Origin: Methanobacteriota archaeon
GTDB taxonomy: Archaea; Thermoplasmatota; E2; DHVEG-1
Direction of reading: 5' to 3'
DNA length: 64,000 bases
Assembly: GCA_963769885.1 (NCBI GenBank)
Contig: CAVYNH010000007.1
Location: 480,001-544,000, forward strand
Shown here: piece after piece, positions 10,013 to 18,925 of the stretch
How positions within the stretch are numbered: position 1 is the stretch's first letter
Layout: each line of letters starts with the position of its first letter
The notes under the pieces: model-generated
Told to the model about the DNA's origin: nothing
What the model saw: only the letters and a program-made list of their open reading frames with translations
Databases searched by the model: none
Position numbers and translations under genes: made by a program

Positions 10013-12160
10013 ATGAGAAAGACGCCCATCCGACTCATCAGCATCAGCATCCTTGCCATCGCCCTGACCGTCACCCCCACCGGCGCCATGCCCGCCACAG
10101 GGAGATCCGGCGGAGATCGGGCCTTCACTACCTATGCGCAAATGACGACGGCGCTGCAGACCATCGCCTCTACCTACCCAGCCATCGCCCGCCTCTACGA
10201 CCTCGGCCACAGCATCCAAGGACGCGTCCTCTGGGGCCTGAAGATCACCGACAACCCCGACCTCGAGGAAGACGAACCCGAGGTCCGCATCTGCGGCAAC
10301 CACCACGGCAACGAGTACATGGGCGCCGAGATGCCCCTCATGCTCGCCCAGTACCTCACCAGCAACTACGGCATCATCCAGAATGTCACCAACCTCGTCG
10401 ACAACCGCGAGATCTGGCTCATCCCCATGGTCAACCCCGACGGCCACGAAATGGGCCAACGGGAAAACGCCAACGGCGTCGACCTCAACCGCGACTACGG
10501 CTACATGTGGGAGTCCGGCTGGGGCAGCCCCTCCGAGTTCTCCCAGCCTGAGACCCAGGCGATGCGCGCCAACGCCCTCGCCCACAACTACGTCCTCTCC
10601 CTCTCCTACCACACCTCCGGCAACATCGTCAACTACGTCTGGAACTACAAAGCCATGCGCGTCCCCGACCAGACCATGGTCCTGGCGCTCTCCAACGCCT
10701 TCGCCAGCCACAACGGCTACACCGTCATCGACGGCTACGACTGGTACCAGACCCGCGGCGACTGCAACGACTTCAGCTACGGCTGCCGCGGCGACATCGA
10801 CTGGACCATCGAGATCCAAAACAGCGACATCCCCGGCGCCTGGAACCTCAACCGCGACGCCATGCTCGGCATCATCGCCTCCGCCGACATCGGCCTGCGC
10901 GGCATCATCACCGACGCCAACACCGGCAAACCTCTCGACGCCACCGTCTACGTCGACAACGTCTACTGGCCCTGCCTCACCGACCCGGACGTCGGCGACT
11001 ACCACCGCATCCTCCCCCCCGGCACCTACACCGTCCACTACCGATCCAACGGCTACATCGAAGAGACACGCAGCGTCACCATCACCAGCGGCGCCCCCAC
11101 CGTGACGAACGTCCAGCTCACCCCCGGCGGCGACTACTACGCCCACCAGGTCACCCTCGTCAACTACTACGACCCCTACAACGCCCCGAACAACTTCCAG
11201 AACAACCCCACCGAGGCCATCGCCGCCCTCGACGCCCCCGACGGCAGCTGCGCCTCCCTCGGCGTCAACGGCTACATCGTCCTCGACATGGGCACCAACA
11301 TCACCGACGCCCCCAGCGCCCCCGACTTCAAAGTCTTCGAGGGGGAATCCACCCCCGACGGCTACCAGGTCTCCGTCGCCCAGCATTGGAACGGCCCCTG
11401 GAAGTCACTAGGCTCAGGGATGGGCGAGACCTCGTTCGACCTTCAGGGCTCCACCCTGGCCACCGCCAGATTCGTCAAGATCGTCGACGACGGCACGGGC
11501 AGCGCGACCGAGAACCATCCCGCAGCTGACATCGACGCTATCCAGAACCTCGCTCCTGAAATCTCGAACATGCCGCCGAACACCCCCAACGCACCCACTG
11601 GCCCGACCAACGGCGTCACCTACACGTCGTACACCTTCCAAGCGGTCGCCCCCGTCGACCCGGACGGCACCCTCGTCTACCTCCGCTGGTCCTACGGGGA
11701 CAACACCTCGGGATGGTCCGGCCCGTACACCCCCGGCCAGCACGTCGAGGCAAGCCACCTGTGGACCACGCCGGGCGTCTTCGACGTCAAAGTGCAGGCG
11801 AAGGACCTGAACGGCTCGGTGAGCGGCTACTCGGCTCCCCTCTCCGTGACCATCGAGGAACAGCCCCAACTGGTCATCACGGCGATGCATGGTGGCATCG
11901 GGCTGACGCTCACAGTCCATAACCAGGGAGACCAGAACCTCACCAATGTAGGCTGGTCCGTGTCATTCAGCGGCCTAGTCTTCATCGCGAAGGGCACGAG
12001 CGGGCACATCGCCACGCTTCCTGCCGGCCAGAACGCGACCGTTCGTACAGGACTGATTGCGGGCCTTGGGAAAACCGACGTTTCCATCAGCGTCGGGGAC
12101 GCAATCGAACAAGCCAGCGGGTTCCTTCTCGGGCCATTCCTCATCAATGTTAGAAGTTAG
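10013..12160 (+). CDS. Secreted M14 zinc carboxypeptidase with regulatory-like domain, PKD and C-terminal domain
   Basis: HHGNE (HxxE), NPDG, VDLNRD, SYHT and WTIE motifs. ATG at 10013 begins a signal peptide. Confidence 0.9.
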   Translation: MRKTPIRLISISILAIALTVTPTGAMPATGRSGGDRAFTTYAQMTTALQTIASTYPAIARLYDLGHSIQGRVLWGLKITDNPDLEEDEPEVRICGNHHGNEYMGAEMPLMLAQYLTSNYGIIQNVTNLVDNREIWLIPMVNPDGHEMGQRENANGVDLNRDYGYMWESGWGSPSEFSQPETQAMRANALAHNYVLSLSYHTSGNIVNYVWNYKAMRVPDQTMVLALSNAFASHNGYTVIDGYDWYQTRGDCNDFSYGCRGDIDWTIEIQNSDIPGAWNLNRDAMLGIIASADIGLRGIITDANTGKPLDATVYVDNVYWPCLTDPDVGDYHRILPPGTYTVHYRSNGYIEETRSVTITSGAPTVTNVQLTPGGDYYAHQVTLVNYYDPYNAPNNFQNNPTEAIAALDAPDGSCASLGVNGYIVLDMGTNITDAPSAPDFKVFEGESTPDGYQVSVAQHWNGPWKSLGSGMGETSFDLQGSTLATARFVKIVDDGTGSATENHPAADIDAIQNLAPEISNMPPNTPNAPTGPTNGVTYTSYTFQAVAPVDPDGTLVYLRWSYGDNTSGWSGPYTPGQHVEASHLWTTPGVFDVKVQAKDLNGSVSGYSAPLSVTIEEQPQLVITAMHGGIGLTLTVHNQGDQNLTNVGWSVSFSGLVFIAKGTSGHIATLPAGQNATVRTGLIAGLGKTDVSISVGDAIEQASGFLLGPFLINVRS

Positions 12161-12167
12161 AAAAAAG

Positions 12168-12368
12168 ATTGACCATGGATTGATTTTGAAGCGTGACTTC
12201 AATGGTACGGTGGCGTTGGCGGGGAATGGGTCTGAGACGCTCACCTTACGGTCTATCTTAGGCTTCGGGTCGGTGTACGTCACCGTGTCTGCGTAGGCGC
12301 CTGGGATTGCGCCGTTGGAGAAGAAGATCCAGGCTGTCGTGCTCCTGGTCTTTGTGAAGGTCCTGTAA
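12168..12368 (+). pseudogene. Orphan fragment of the conserved C-terminal domain, with an internal TAG
   Basis: Translates IDHGLILKRDFNGTVALAGNGSETLTLRSILGFGSVYVTVSA*APGIAPLEKKIQAVVLLVFVKVL*. Aligns by eye with the C-termini of the three upstream genes, lacks a plausible start, and is followed by a T-tract. Confidence 0.6.
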
Positions 12369-12420
12369 GGAGAGCCTCCCTCCTCTTTTTTCTTTGTCTC
12401 TTTTTTTAGTTCTGGTGGTT

Positions 12421-13416
12421 CTAGTAGGTGCGGGTGACGCTGTACTCGGCGAGGGCGGCGAGGATGTCTTTGCTTTCGGAGGGTTTGAGGGTGTCGAGGC
12501 AGCGTTTCGCCTGTTCCTGGTAGTCTTGGAGCTTCTGGGTGGCGTAGTCGATGGAGCCGAGGGTGTGGAAGAGGGTGATGGCTTGCTGGACTTTAACGGG
12601 GGTGGTTTTGGGGTTGCCGATGATGTTGAGGAGGGTGCGGCGTTGTCTGGCGTCGGCTTGGGTGAGGGCGTGGACGAGCATGAGGGTGCGTTTGCCGTTG
12701 AGGATGTCGCTGCCGAGTTGTTGTTTGCCGAGGCGGGATTGGTCGGGGAGGATGTTGAGGAGGTCGTCTTTGATTTGGAACATGAGTCCGAAGAGGAGGC
12801 CGTAGCGGGTGAGGGCGTCGATTTGTTGGCGGCTGCCTTTGCCGATGAGGGCGCCGCAGTGGCCGGCGAGTTGGTAGAGTTGTCCTGTTTTTTTCTCGAT
12901 CATGATGAGGTATTCGGGGATGGTGACGTCGAGGCGGTGCATGAATTCGATGTCGAGGGCTTCGCCTTCGTAGAAGTTTTTGGCGGTGTCGGCGATGGCG
13001 CGGATGATCTCCTTGTAGGTGGTGGATTGGAGTTCGGGGGGTGCCATGTAGGAGAGCATGCGGTAGGTTTCGCCGATGAGGGCGTCGCCGGCGATGATAG
13101 CGAGGGGGATGCCGTAGCGTTCGTGGGTGGTGGGGAGTCCGCGTCGCCAGCGGTCGTTGTCGATGATGTCGTCGTGGATGAGAGTGGAGTTGTGGAGGTA
13201 TTCGAGGGCGACGCCGAGGGGGATGGTGTTTTCGGGGACGCCACCGACGGCTTCGCAGGCGAGCATGGCGAGGGTGGGGCGGAGGCGTTTGCCGCCGGAG
13301 AGGGGGATGTAGCGGATGGCTTCGTAGAGGATGGCGGGTTGGCGGGCGGCGAGGTTGCCGTTGAGGGCTCTGTCGAAGGTTTTGGCGCGTTCTTTGAGGA
13401 TGTCTTCGAGGTCCAT
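12421..13416 (-). CDS. idsA: Geranylgeranyl diphosphate synthase (polyprenyl synthetase)
   Basis: GGKRLRP, LIHDDIID...RRG, KT and FQIKDD motifs. Confidence 0.9.
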   Translation of the reverse strand: MDLEDILKERAKTFDRALNGNLAARQPAILYEAIRYIPLSGGKRLRPTLAMLACEAVGGVPENTIPLGVALEYLHNSTLIHDDIIDNDRWRRGLPTTHERYGIPLAIIAGDALIGETYRMLSYMAPPELQSTTYKEIIRAIADTAKNFYEGEALDIEFMHRLDVTIPEYLIMIEKKTGQLYQLAGHCGALIGKGSRQQIDALTRYGLLFGLMFQIKDDLLNILPDQSRLGKQQLGSDILNGKRTLMLVHALTQADARQRRTLLNIIGNPKTTPVKVQQAITLFHTLGSIDYATQKLQDYQEQAKRCLDTLKPSESKDILAALAEYSVTRTY

Positions 13417-13447
13417 GGGGGTGGTCCTGTGGTGGTTTTCTTGGTGG

Positions 13448-13933
13448 TTAGCCGATGACGAGGTGGATGTCGGCGTCGGCGGCGATGCCGAGGAATTCGG
13501 TCATGCGGATGATTTTAACGTTGTCGAGGAGTTTGCGTTCGGGGATGCCGGCGGAGAGCATGGAGGTGTAGCAGGCGTAGAAGTGGACGCCCATGTCTTT
13601 GGCTTGGTACATGAGGTGGGCGAGGACGGAGCCGCCGCGGCGTTTGATGATGTTTTCTTTCCATCCGATGGGGGCTTCGCCCCAGCGGGCGCGGCGTGGT
13701 TTGTAGGATTTGGTGATGATGTTGATGCCGCGGGAGGTGAAGAAGAGGGAGACGGTCATGCCCATTTCGATGGCGGCGACGCTGATGTTGAAGGCGGTGA
13801 GGGCTTTGTCGTAGGTGTCTTCGGTGACGATGACGGTGAGGGACCCTGGTTTTTTGGCGAGGGGGCGTTTCATTGTTTTTTCGTATTCTTTTCGGAGTGT
13901 GGCCTTGGCTTGCTCTTTGGTGGTGGGTCCCAT
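13448..13933 (-). CDS. DsrE/DsrF/DrsH-like family protein
   Basis: YDKA...A..MGMTVSLFFT..G, GVHFYAC..SM and FL..AADAD pattern. Confidence 0.7.
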   Translation of the reverse strand: MGPTTKEQAKATLRKEYEKTMKRPLAKKPGSLTVIVTEDTYDKALTAFNISVAAIEMGMTVSLFFTSRGINIITKSYKPRRARWGEAPIGWKENIIKRRGGSVLAHLMYQAKDMGVHFYACYTSMLSAGIPERKLLDNVKIIRMTEFLGIAADADIHLVIG

Positions 13934-14088
13934 TGGTATTGTAGTAGGTGGGTTCCTCTAGATAAATTTTTGTTCATTTTTTGGGTTTATCAGGGGTGGT
14001 TGATGGTCCTTGGAGGGAGCCGGAAGGGGGGTTGGGAGGGCAAAATATTAATATATAGGAAGTCTAGATATTTTTATCGGGAGGCGGC

Positions 14089-16416
14089 ATGTTAGCCTGG
14101 AATGCCTTATCTTGGGATACGATTCTGCTGATTATTGCGTTAGCCTTGCTGATTCCGACGTTGCTGGCCGTGGTGTTTGCTCGGATCCGGCGGTTTGAGG
14201 ACCTGGGGGCCACTATCGGAGTGTTCTTGTTGGTGTTGGGGTTGGTGGCGTATTTTTATTTGATTCCGACGACGATTGTGGGGCAGGCGACGCTGCCGCA
14301 GGATTATTTGTGGCAGGATGAGGGGGCGGTTCATTACTGGGAGCGGAACAGTGTGCTGTTGCATCCCAGTGGGGGCAGTGTGCTGCCGTTTGAGCTGGTG
14401 GAGTTGGCCGCGAAGCGGATGCCGATTGACCGGAATTTCCTGGGTCGTGAGACGATTCTGGTGTGTTCGTCGGATGCGAAAGCCCATTCGGCGTTGATCC
14501 ATGATGCGGTGTATGATGACCAAGGGGAGGTGTTGGAGGTCATCAATGGGACGCAGCGGGTCAGCGAGTGGTATCAGGTTGATCCGCATACGAGCAGTCT
14601 GCGGTTCACGGATGTGGACGCGGGCAGCATGGGGATCCCGGCGGGGGTCCGGGAGGTGAATACGGTCCTGGTGGGCTGGGTCGAGTCCAACGGGGAACCG
14701 CAGGGGGCGGAGAACGTCGTGTTTGTCCGTCAGATGCATCGGATCCAGCAGGGGGTGGTGGATGGGATGGATTTGGATGTGTGGCAGTCGGAGACGTTCA
14801 ATCGGCCGATCACGTGGCATGGTGAGCCGTATTTCTGTGATGAGACGCTGCGGTTGACGGTGCATCCGCAGACCGGGTATGTCGTCCATGTGTACCGTCA
14901 TCTGGTGCTCTCCGCGCATCTGTCTCAGTTCTTGGAGCTGTATTATCCGCAGGCATTGGAGTCTCGGGTGGTGCAGCGGTATCTGAAGTTAAATGATCCG
15001 ATCGGGGAGGCGGCGGAGCTGACGTATAATACAACGACGGCGTCGCAGGCGCGGCATCTCGTGGAGGCCGGGGATATCTATAATCTCATCGTCTATATTC
15101 CCCCGTTGATTTGCGTGCCGATGCTGCTTATCGGGCTGTCGCTGGTGTGGCGGTATAGCGGGCGCAGCTATTACTGGAAGCGGTACAAGAAATACGAGCA
15201 AGAGCGGGGGCCTGAGCCGGTCAAGCGTCGGTGGTCGGCGGGTCGAGTCCTTGCGGTGATTGGCGTTTGTGCCGTCTTGATCTCGACTGGGTATTTCGTG
15301 GTGTTGCAGCATCGTCCGTCGACTGAAATCACGACGGCGGCCGTGGCTCCGGCGCCGTTGGATGACGGGATTCCGCCGACGCCGCCAGGGAGCTCCCGGA
15401 TGATTGACTCGGGGCGGCATGTCTTGGTCCCGACGGACGAGGGGGCGCATCCGCTCAGCCATCGTGAATGGTGGTACTTCAACGTCTACTTCAACGATGC
15501 GGGGAGCGGGTTGTTCAACTATACCTTGGTCGTGAGTTTCAACAAGATGTCGTTTAATGATATCCGGTTCTTGAAGCGTGATAATTTCTTCATCATCCTG
15601 TACGACCCAGCGGGCACCTCGTATAGTTACAATACGTTGAACCAGCGGCGTGGGACGCTGAAGGCTGGCATGAACGGCGTCTCGGTCGAGTTCAAGGACA
15701 GCTCAGCGAACGGCACGTATCCGGCGTGGCGGCTGCATGCGAACAATGCGGGGGGGATCCAGGTCGATTTGGAGTATCTCGCGGATTTCCTACCGGTATG
15801 GGTCGAGGGGCGGAGTGCGAACCTCGCGTTCGCGAAGAACCTCTCCGGGGACTATTACGTGCCTCGGTGTCGCGTCTCGGGGACGGTGGTGTGGTCCGGG
15901 AAGACCTATAATGTGAGCGGCATCGGGTATCATGACCATGTCTGGGAGGGGGCGTTGCCTCGTCTGATCACGAAGGGGTGGGATTGGGCGAACCTGCATT
16001 TCGACAATGGCTGGGAGATGTATCTGTCGAAGTTTATTTTGCGGACGCCGGGGAATTTCTATTCCGGGGCGGTCATTCTGTCGCCGAACAATCGGAATCT
16101 GACCGAGTTTTCGAAGTACGATCTGTCGGTGACGAAGTTCGCTCGGGCGAAGAATCTGCCGTTCATGCGGTACCCGGTCGCGTATCATCTGGTAGGGATG
16201 CGTGACGGGATGAACCTCACCCTAGACATCGAGGTGACGAATGTCTGTGAGATTACGTGGAAGTTCGCTCGGACAGGCATGTTTGAGGGGACCTGCCGGG
16301 TGTCCGGGCGGTTCTCGTGGCCCGGGTATTCGGTGGAGCTGCACGGCTTCGGCCTCTCCGAGGTCACGCGGGTCAAGTACCTCCTGGGGCTGCCTGGGGT
16401 GCTGCGTCCGATATAG
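14089..16416 (+). CDS. Membrane protein: N-terminal TM plus DUF3068-like region fused to a CrtC/AttH-like (lipocalin-fold) domain
   Basis: About four hydrophobic segments; EWWYFN, GYHDHVW, GWDW.NLHFDNG, YP..Y and FEG motifs typical of AttH/CrtC. Confidence 0.65.
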   Translation: MLAWNALSWDTILLIIALALLIPTLLAVVFARIRRFEDLGATIGVFLLVLGLVAYFYLIPTTIVGQATLPQDYLWQDEGAVHYWERNSVLLHPSGGSVLPFELVELAAKRMPIDRNFLGRETILVCSSDAKAHSALIHDAVYDDQGEVLEVINGTQRVSEWYQVDPHTSSLRFTDVDAGSMGIPAGVREVNTVLVGWVESNGEPQGAENVVFVRQMHRIQQGVVDGMDLDVWQSETFNRPITWHGEPYFCDETLRLTVHPQTGYVVHVYRHLVLSAHLSQFLELYYPQALESRVVQRYLKLNDPIGEAAELTYNTTTASQARHLVEAGDIYNLIVYIPPLICVPMLLIGLSLVWRYSGRSYYWKRYKKYEQERGPEPVKRRWSAGRVLAVIGVCAVLISTGYFVVLQHRPSTEITTAAVAPAPLDDGIPPTPPGSSRMIDSGRHVLVPTDEGAHPLSHREWWYFNVYFNDAGSGLFNYTLVVSFNKMSFNDIRFLKRDNFFIILYDPAGTSYSYNTLNQRRGTLKAGMNGVSVEFKDSSANGTYPAWRLHANNAGGIQVDLEYLADFLPVWVEGRSANLAFAKNLSGDYYVPRCRVSGTVVWSGKTYNVSGIGYHDHVWEGALPRLITKGWDWANLHFDNGWEMYLSKFILRTPGNFYSGAVILSPNNRNLTEFSKYDLSVTKFARAKNLPFMRYPVAYHLVGMRDGMNLTLDIEVTNVCEITWKFARTGMFEGTCRVSGRFSWPGYSVELHGFGLSEVTRVKYLLGLPGVLRPI

Positions 16417-16523
16417 GCCGTACCCTCCCAAGTCATCCCTTCATTTCATGAGCAGTTTTTCACCTGGAGGGAGAGGTTTGGGCCGTCGCATCTTTAAGTG
16501 ATGGTGACATTAGGTTTCTTGCC

Positions 16524-17384
16524 ATGCGGCACGATTTTGGCTTGGACAAGCCATCGAGAACGGAGGTTGAGGCTCTGCTTCATCGGGTGTTGCCGTTCTT
16601 CGAGGCCGAGCCGCCCCTCATCAACATCCAGGGGTCGGTGGCGTTCGCGGGGGATACACACGGTGACGTGGCGACGACGACCGCGATCCTGGATAGGTTC
16701 AGGGATGCCGACCGGCTCGTGTTCCTGGGTGACTATATCGACCGCGAGCCGGAGCCGGGCTGGTCTCTTGAGAATATCGTGACCTTGTTTGAGGCGAAAC
16801 TACGCTATCCCGAGAAGATCATCCTGCTGAAGGGTAACCATGAGGCGAACAGCATCATCCCATGCTTCCCCTTTGAGTTCGGACGCGAGGTCGCCGAAGC
16901 CTATGGCGCGGGTGTGGCTGAAGCCTTGACCAGGGTTTTCAATGCTCTCCCCTTGATGGTTCTCGGTCAGGGAATCTTCGGGGCTCACGGCGGATTCCCG
17001 GTCGATACGACAGTGAATGAGCTGCGGGCGGCGGGGAAAACCGACCGAGACGTTCTGGAGTACCTCCTGTGGAGCGACCCGGTGGTCTCCGGAACGTTCC
17101 GCGGGGTCGGCGGCCTGTTCACCGCGGACGAGCTGCATCGGTTCCTCGGGCGGATCGGGGCGTCGGTCTTCATCCGTGGCCATGATTACGAGCGGCTGGG
17201 GGAGTCGATCTACGATGATACGTGCCTGACGATCTTCTCTGCACGGCAGTATCAGACCCGGGGAAACGGGGGGATTCTGGTCGCGAAGACCTCAAAACCG
17301 GTGCACCATGCAAGCGAGCTGCAGGTGGAGGATTTCTCAACGGGGCAATGGCGGCCATACATCATAAACGTCACTGACCTATGA
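16524..17384 (+). CDS. PPP-family Ser/Thr protein phosphatase
   Basis: GDTHG, GDYIDR, GNHE, HGG, LWSDP and RGH motifs. Confidence 0.9.
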   Translation: MRHDFGLDKPSRTEVEALLHRVLPFFEAEPPLINIQGSVAFAGDTHGDVATTTAILDRFRDADRLVFLGDYIDREPEPGWSLENIVTLFEAKLRYPEKIILLKGNHEANSIIPCFPFEFGREVAEAYGAGVAEALTRVFNALPLMVLGQGIFGAHGGFPVDTTVNELRAAGKTDRDVLEYLLWSDPVVSGTFRGVGGLFTADELHRFLGRIGASVFIRGHDYERLGESIYDDTCLTIFSARQYQTRGNGGILVAKTSKPVHHASELQVEDFSTGQWRPYIINVTDL

Positions 17385-17454
17385 TGGTCTCGTAGCGTGC
17401 GAAAGGGATAATAAAAGGTGTGTATGTGGTTCCCCTTTTCAATACGCCTTCGGT

Positions 17455-18726
17455 CTACCCGAAGCAGTACAGGACCCCGGCGTTGCGGATGATGCCCTCG
17501 CAGACGCCGTAATACACCTTGCCGTCAGCGACCGCAGGCGAGGAGAAATACACACGGCACGGGAGCCGACAGCTCCATACGCGCTGCCCTGTCGAGGCAT
17601 CAAGGCAAAGGAACAACCCTCCCATGAGGAGGCGGTTCGTGCCGATGAAGACTTTTCCGCCGGCGACGGCAGGAGACGCATCCGACCCGTGGGCAATGCC
17701 ACGGAGAGCATACGACCATAGCACAGAGCCGGTTTCAGCATTCAGGCAGTAGACCGTCCCATTCCGCCCCCAGGTTCCCAGGTAGAGTCTCCCGTCAGTA
17801 ACGGCTGGCGAGCTTCGGTCGATCATCCGCAGCCCTGAGGCATTGTTTCTCCAAATCAAGGTCCCATTCGTGGCATTCCAGCAATAGACCCCCCCGTTGG
17901 CCCCTGAGCGGGAGGCCTGACAGCCGCAGTAGAGCTTCCCTGAGACCACGGTTGGAGCACAGTAGACGGGACCGACCATGGTCCTGTTCCACTGGGTCCC
18001 GCCGTCGCTGACATCCAAGCAGTAGATGTTCCCGGCGGCCGTCGTCACGTACACAGAGTCGCCAGCGACGCACACCGGGGAGTGAATGTATCCAGAGACA
18101 TTGGAAGTATTCCAGCGTTCCTCACCAGTCGATGCATTGAGGCAGAGGACGACGCCTTGGTCAGGACGGCAGCCGCCGACATAGAGCCAGCCGTCGACGA
18201 CGCATGGTCCTCCTTCGACGTAGATGCTCCCGGGGTATCGCCAGACGAGGTCGCCGGTCGCCGCATCCAGACAGTCAATCTCCCCGAGGCCATCCGTGCG
18301 GTAATCCTGAAGGCGCGCCCAGTTGCCCGTCCCCACATATACCCGCCCGTTCTCATACACCGGGTTGGCGTACACTGAGGAGTTGATGGGCGCAAACGTC
18401 CATTGGACCGCGCCTGTGCCGGCGTCAAGGGACAGCAGCCGGCCTTGCCAGCCGGTCTTCGATGATCCCAGAGAGCCGACGAAGACACTGCCGTTGGCGA
18501 CGATGGGCGAGGTGAACCCGCCGCTGTCGCCTTGATACTTCCACAGAACCTTCTTCGTACTCGGTGCCGTCGACGTCGAGACGCCGCTGTTCCCAGAGTC
18601 ATGGTGGAACTTCGGCCACCAGTCGACCTGGCTCGGCTGCGATCCTGCCTTTCCAATGGTTGAGAGAAGCCCAGTTGGGACAACGAAAAGAACGACGACA
18701 AACAGCACGACGATCCGCGCACGCAT
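17455..18726 (-). CDS. Secreted PQQ-repeat (BamB-like) beta-propeller protein
   Basis: Signal peptide, WPKFHHD, repeated SP.V..G.VY.G...CLDA.TG...W blades. Confidence 0.85.
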   Translation of the reverse strand: MRARIVVLFVVVLFVVPTGLLSTIGKAGSQPSQVDWWPKFHHDSGNSGVSTSTAPSTKKVLWKYQGDSGGFTSPIVANGSVFVGSLGSSKTGWQGRLLSLDAGTGAVQWTFAPINSSVYANPVYENGRVYVGTGNWARLQDYRTDGLGEIDCLDAATGDLVWRYPGSIYVEGGPCVVDGWLYVGGCRPDQGVVLCLNASTGEERWNTSNVSGYIHSPVCVAGDSVYVTTAAGNIYCLDVSDGGTQWNRTMVGPVYCAPTVVSGKLYCGCQASRSGANGGVYCWNATNGTLIWRNNASGLRMIDRSSPAVTDGRLYLGTWGRNGTVYCLNAETGSVLWSYALRGIAHGSDASPAVAGGKVFIGTNRLLMGGLFLCLDASTGQRVWSCRLPCRVYFSSPAVADGKVYYGVCEGIIRNAGVLYCFG

Positions 18727-18925
18727 TAGACGACGCCTCCTTGGGCTCCCAACACCTACCCTCTATTTATTTTTTATGCCACGCACCCCATAAAAGTACA
18801 AAAAAAAGAGCACGACGCCAACCGACGGCCACCCCTTCAAAAAAACAAGTCAACCCCTCCTGACTCTAGAAAACAGGTATAAACAAGTTCAGACTAATAA
18901 GATACCCGCAAAGGACCCACCGACC

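Noticed and set aside
9950-11386. Long antisense or alternate-frame ORFs (also 12394..13458, 18866..19969, 51610..53142, 56844..57986)
   Set aside because: Shadow ORFs caused by extreme third-position bias opposite well-supported genes; low-complexity V/G/D or P/S/T translations.
12294-12296. In-frame TAG as pyrrolysine or readthrough; AAAAAAG at 12161 as a frameshift site
   Set aside because: The fragment has no start, no pyl genes are in the window, and the slippery run lies after the carboxypeptidase stop.
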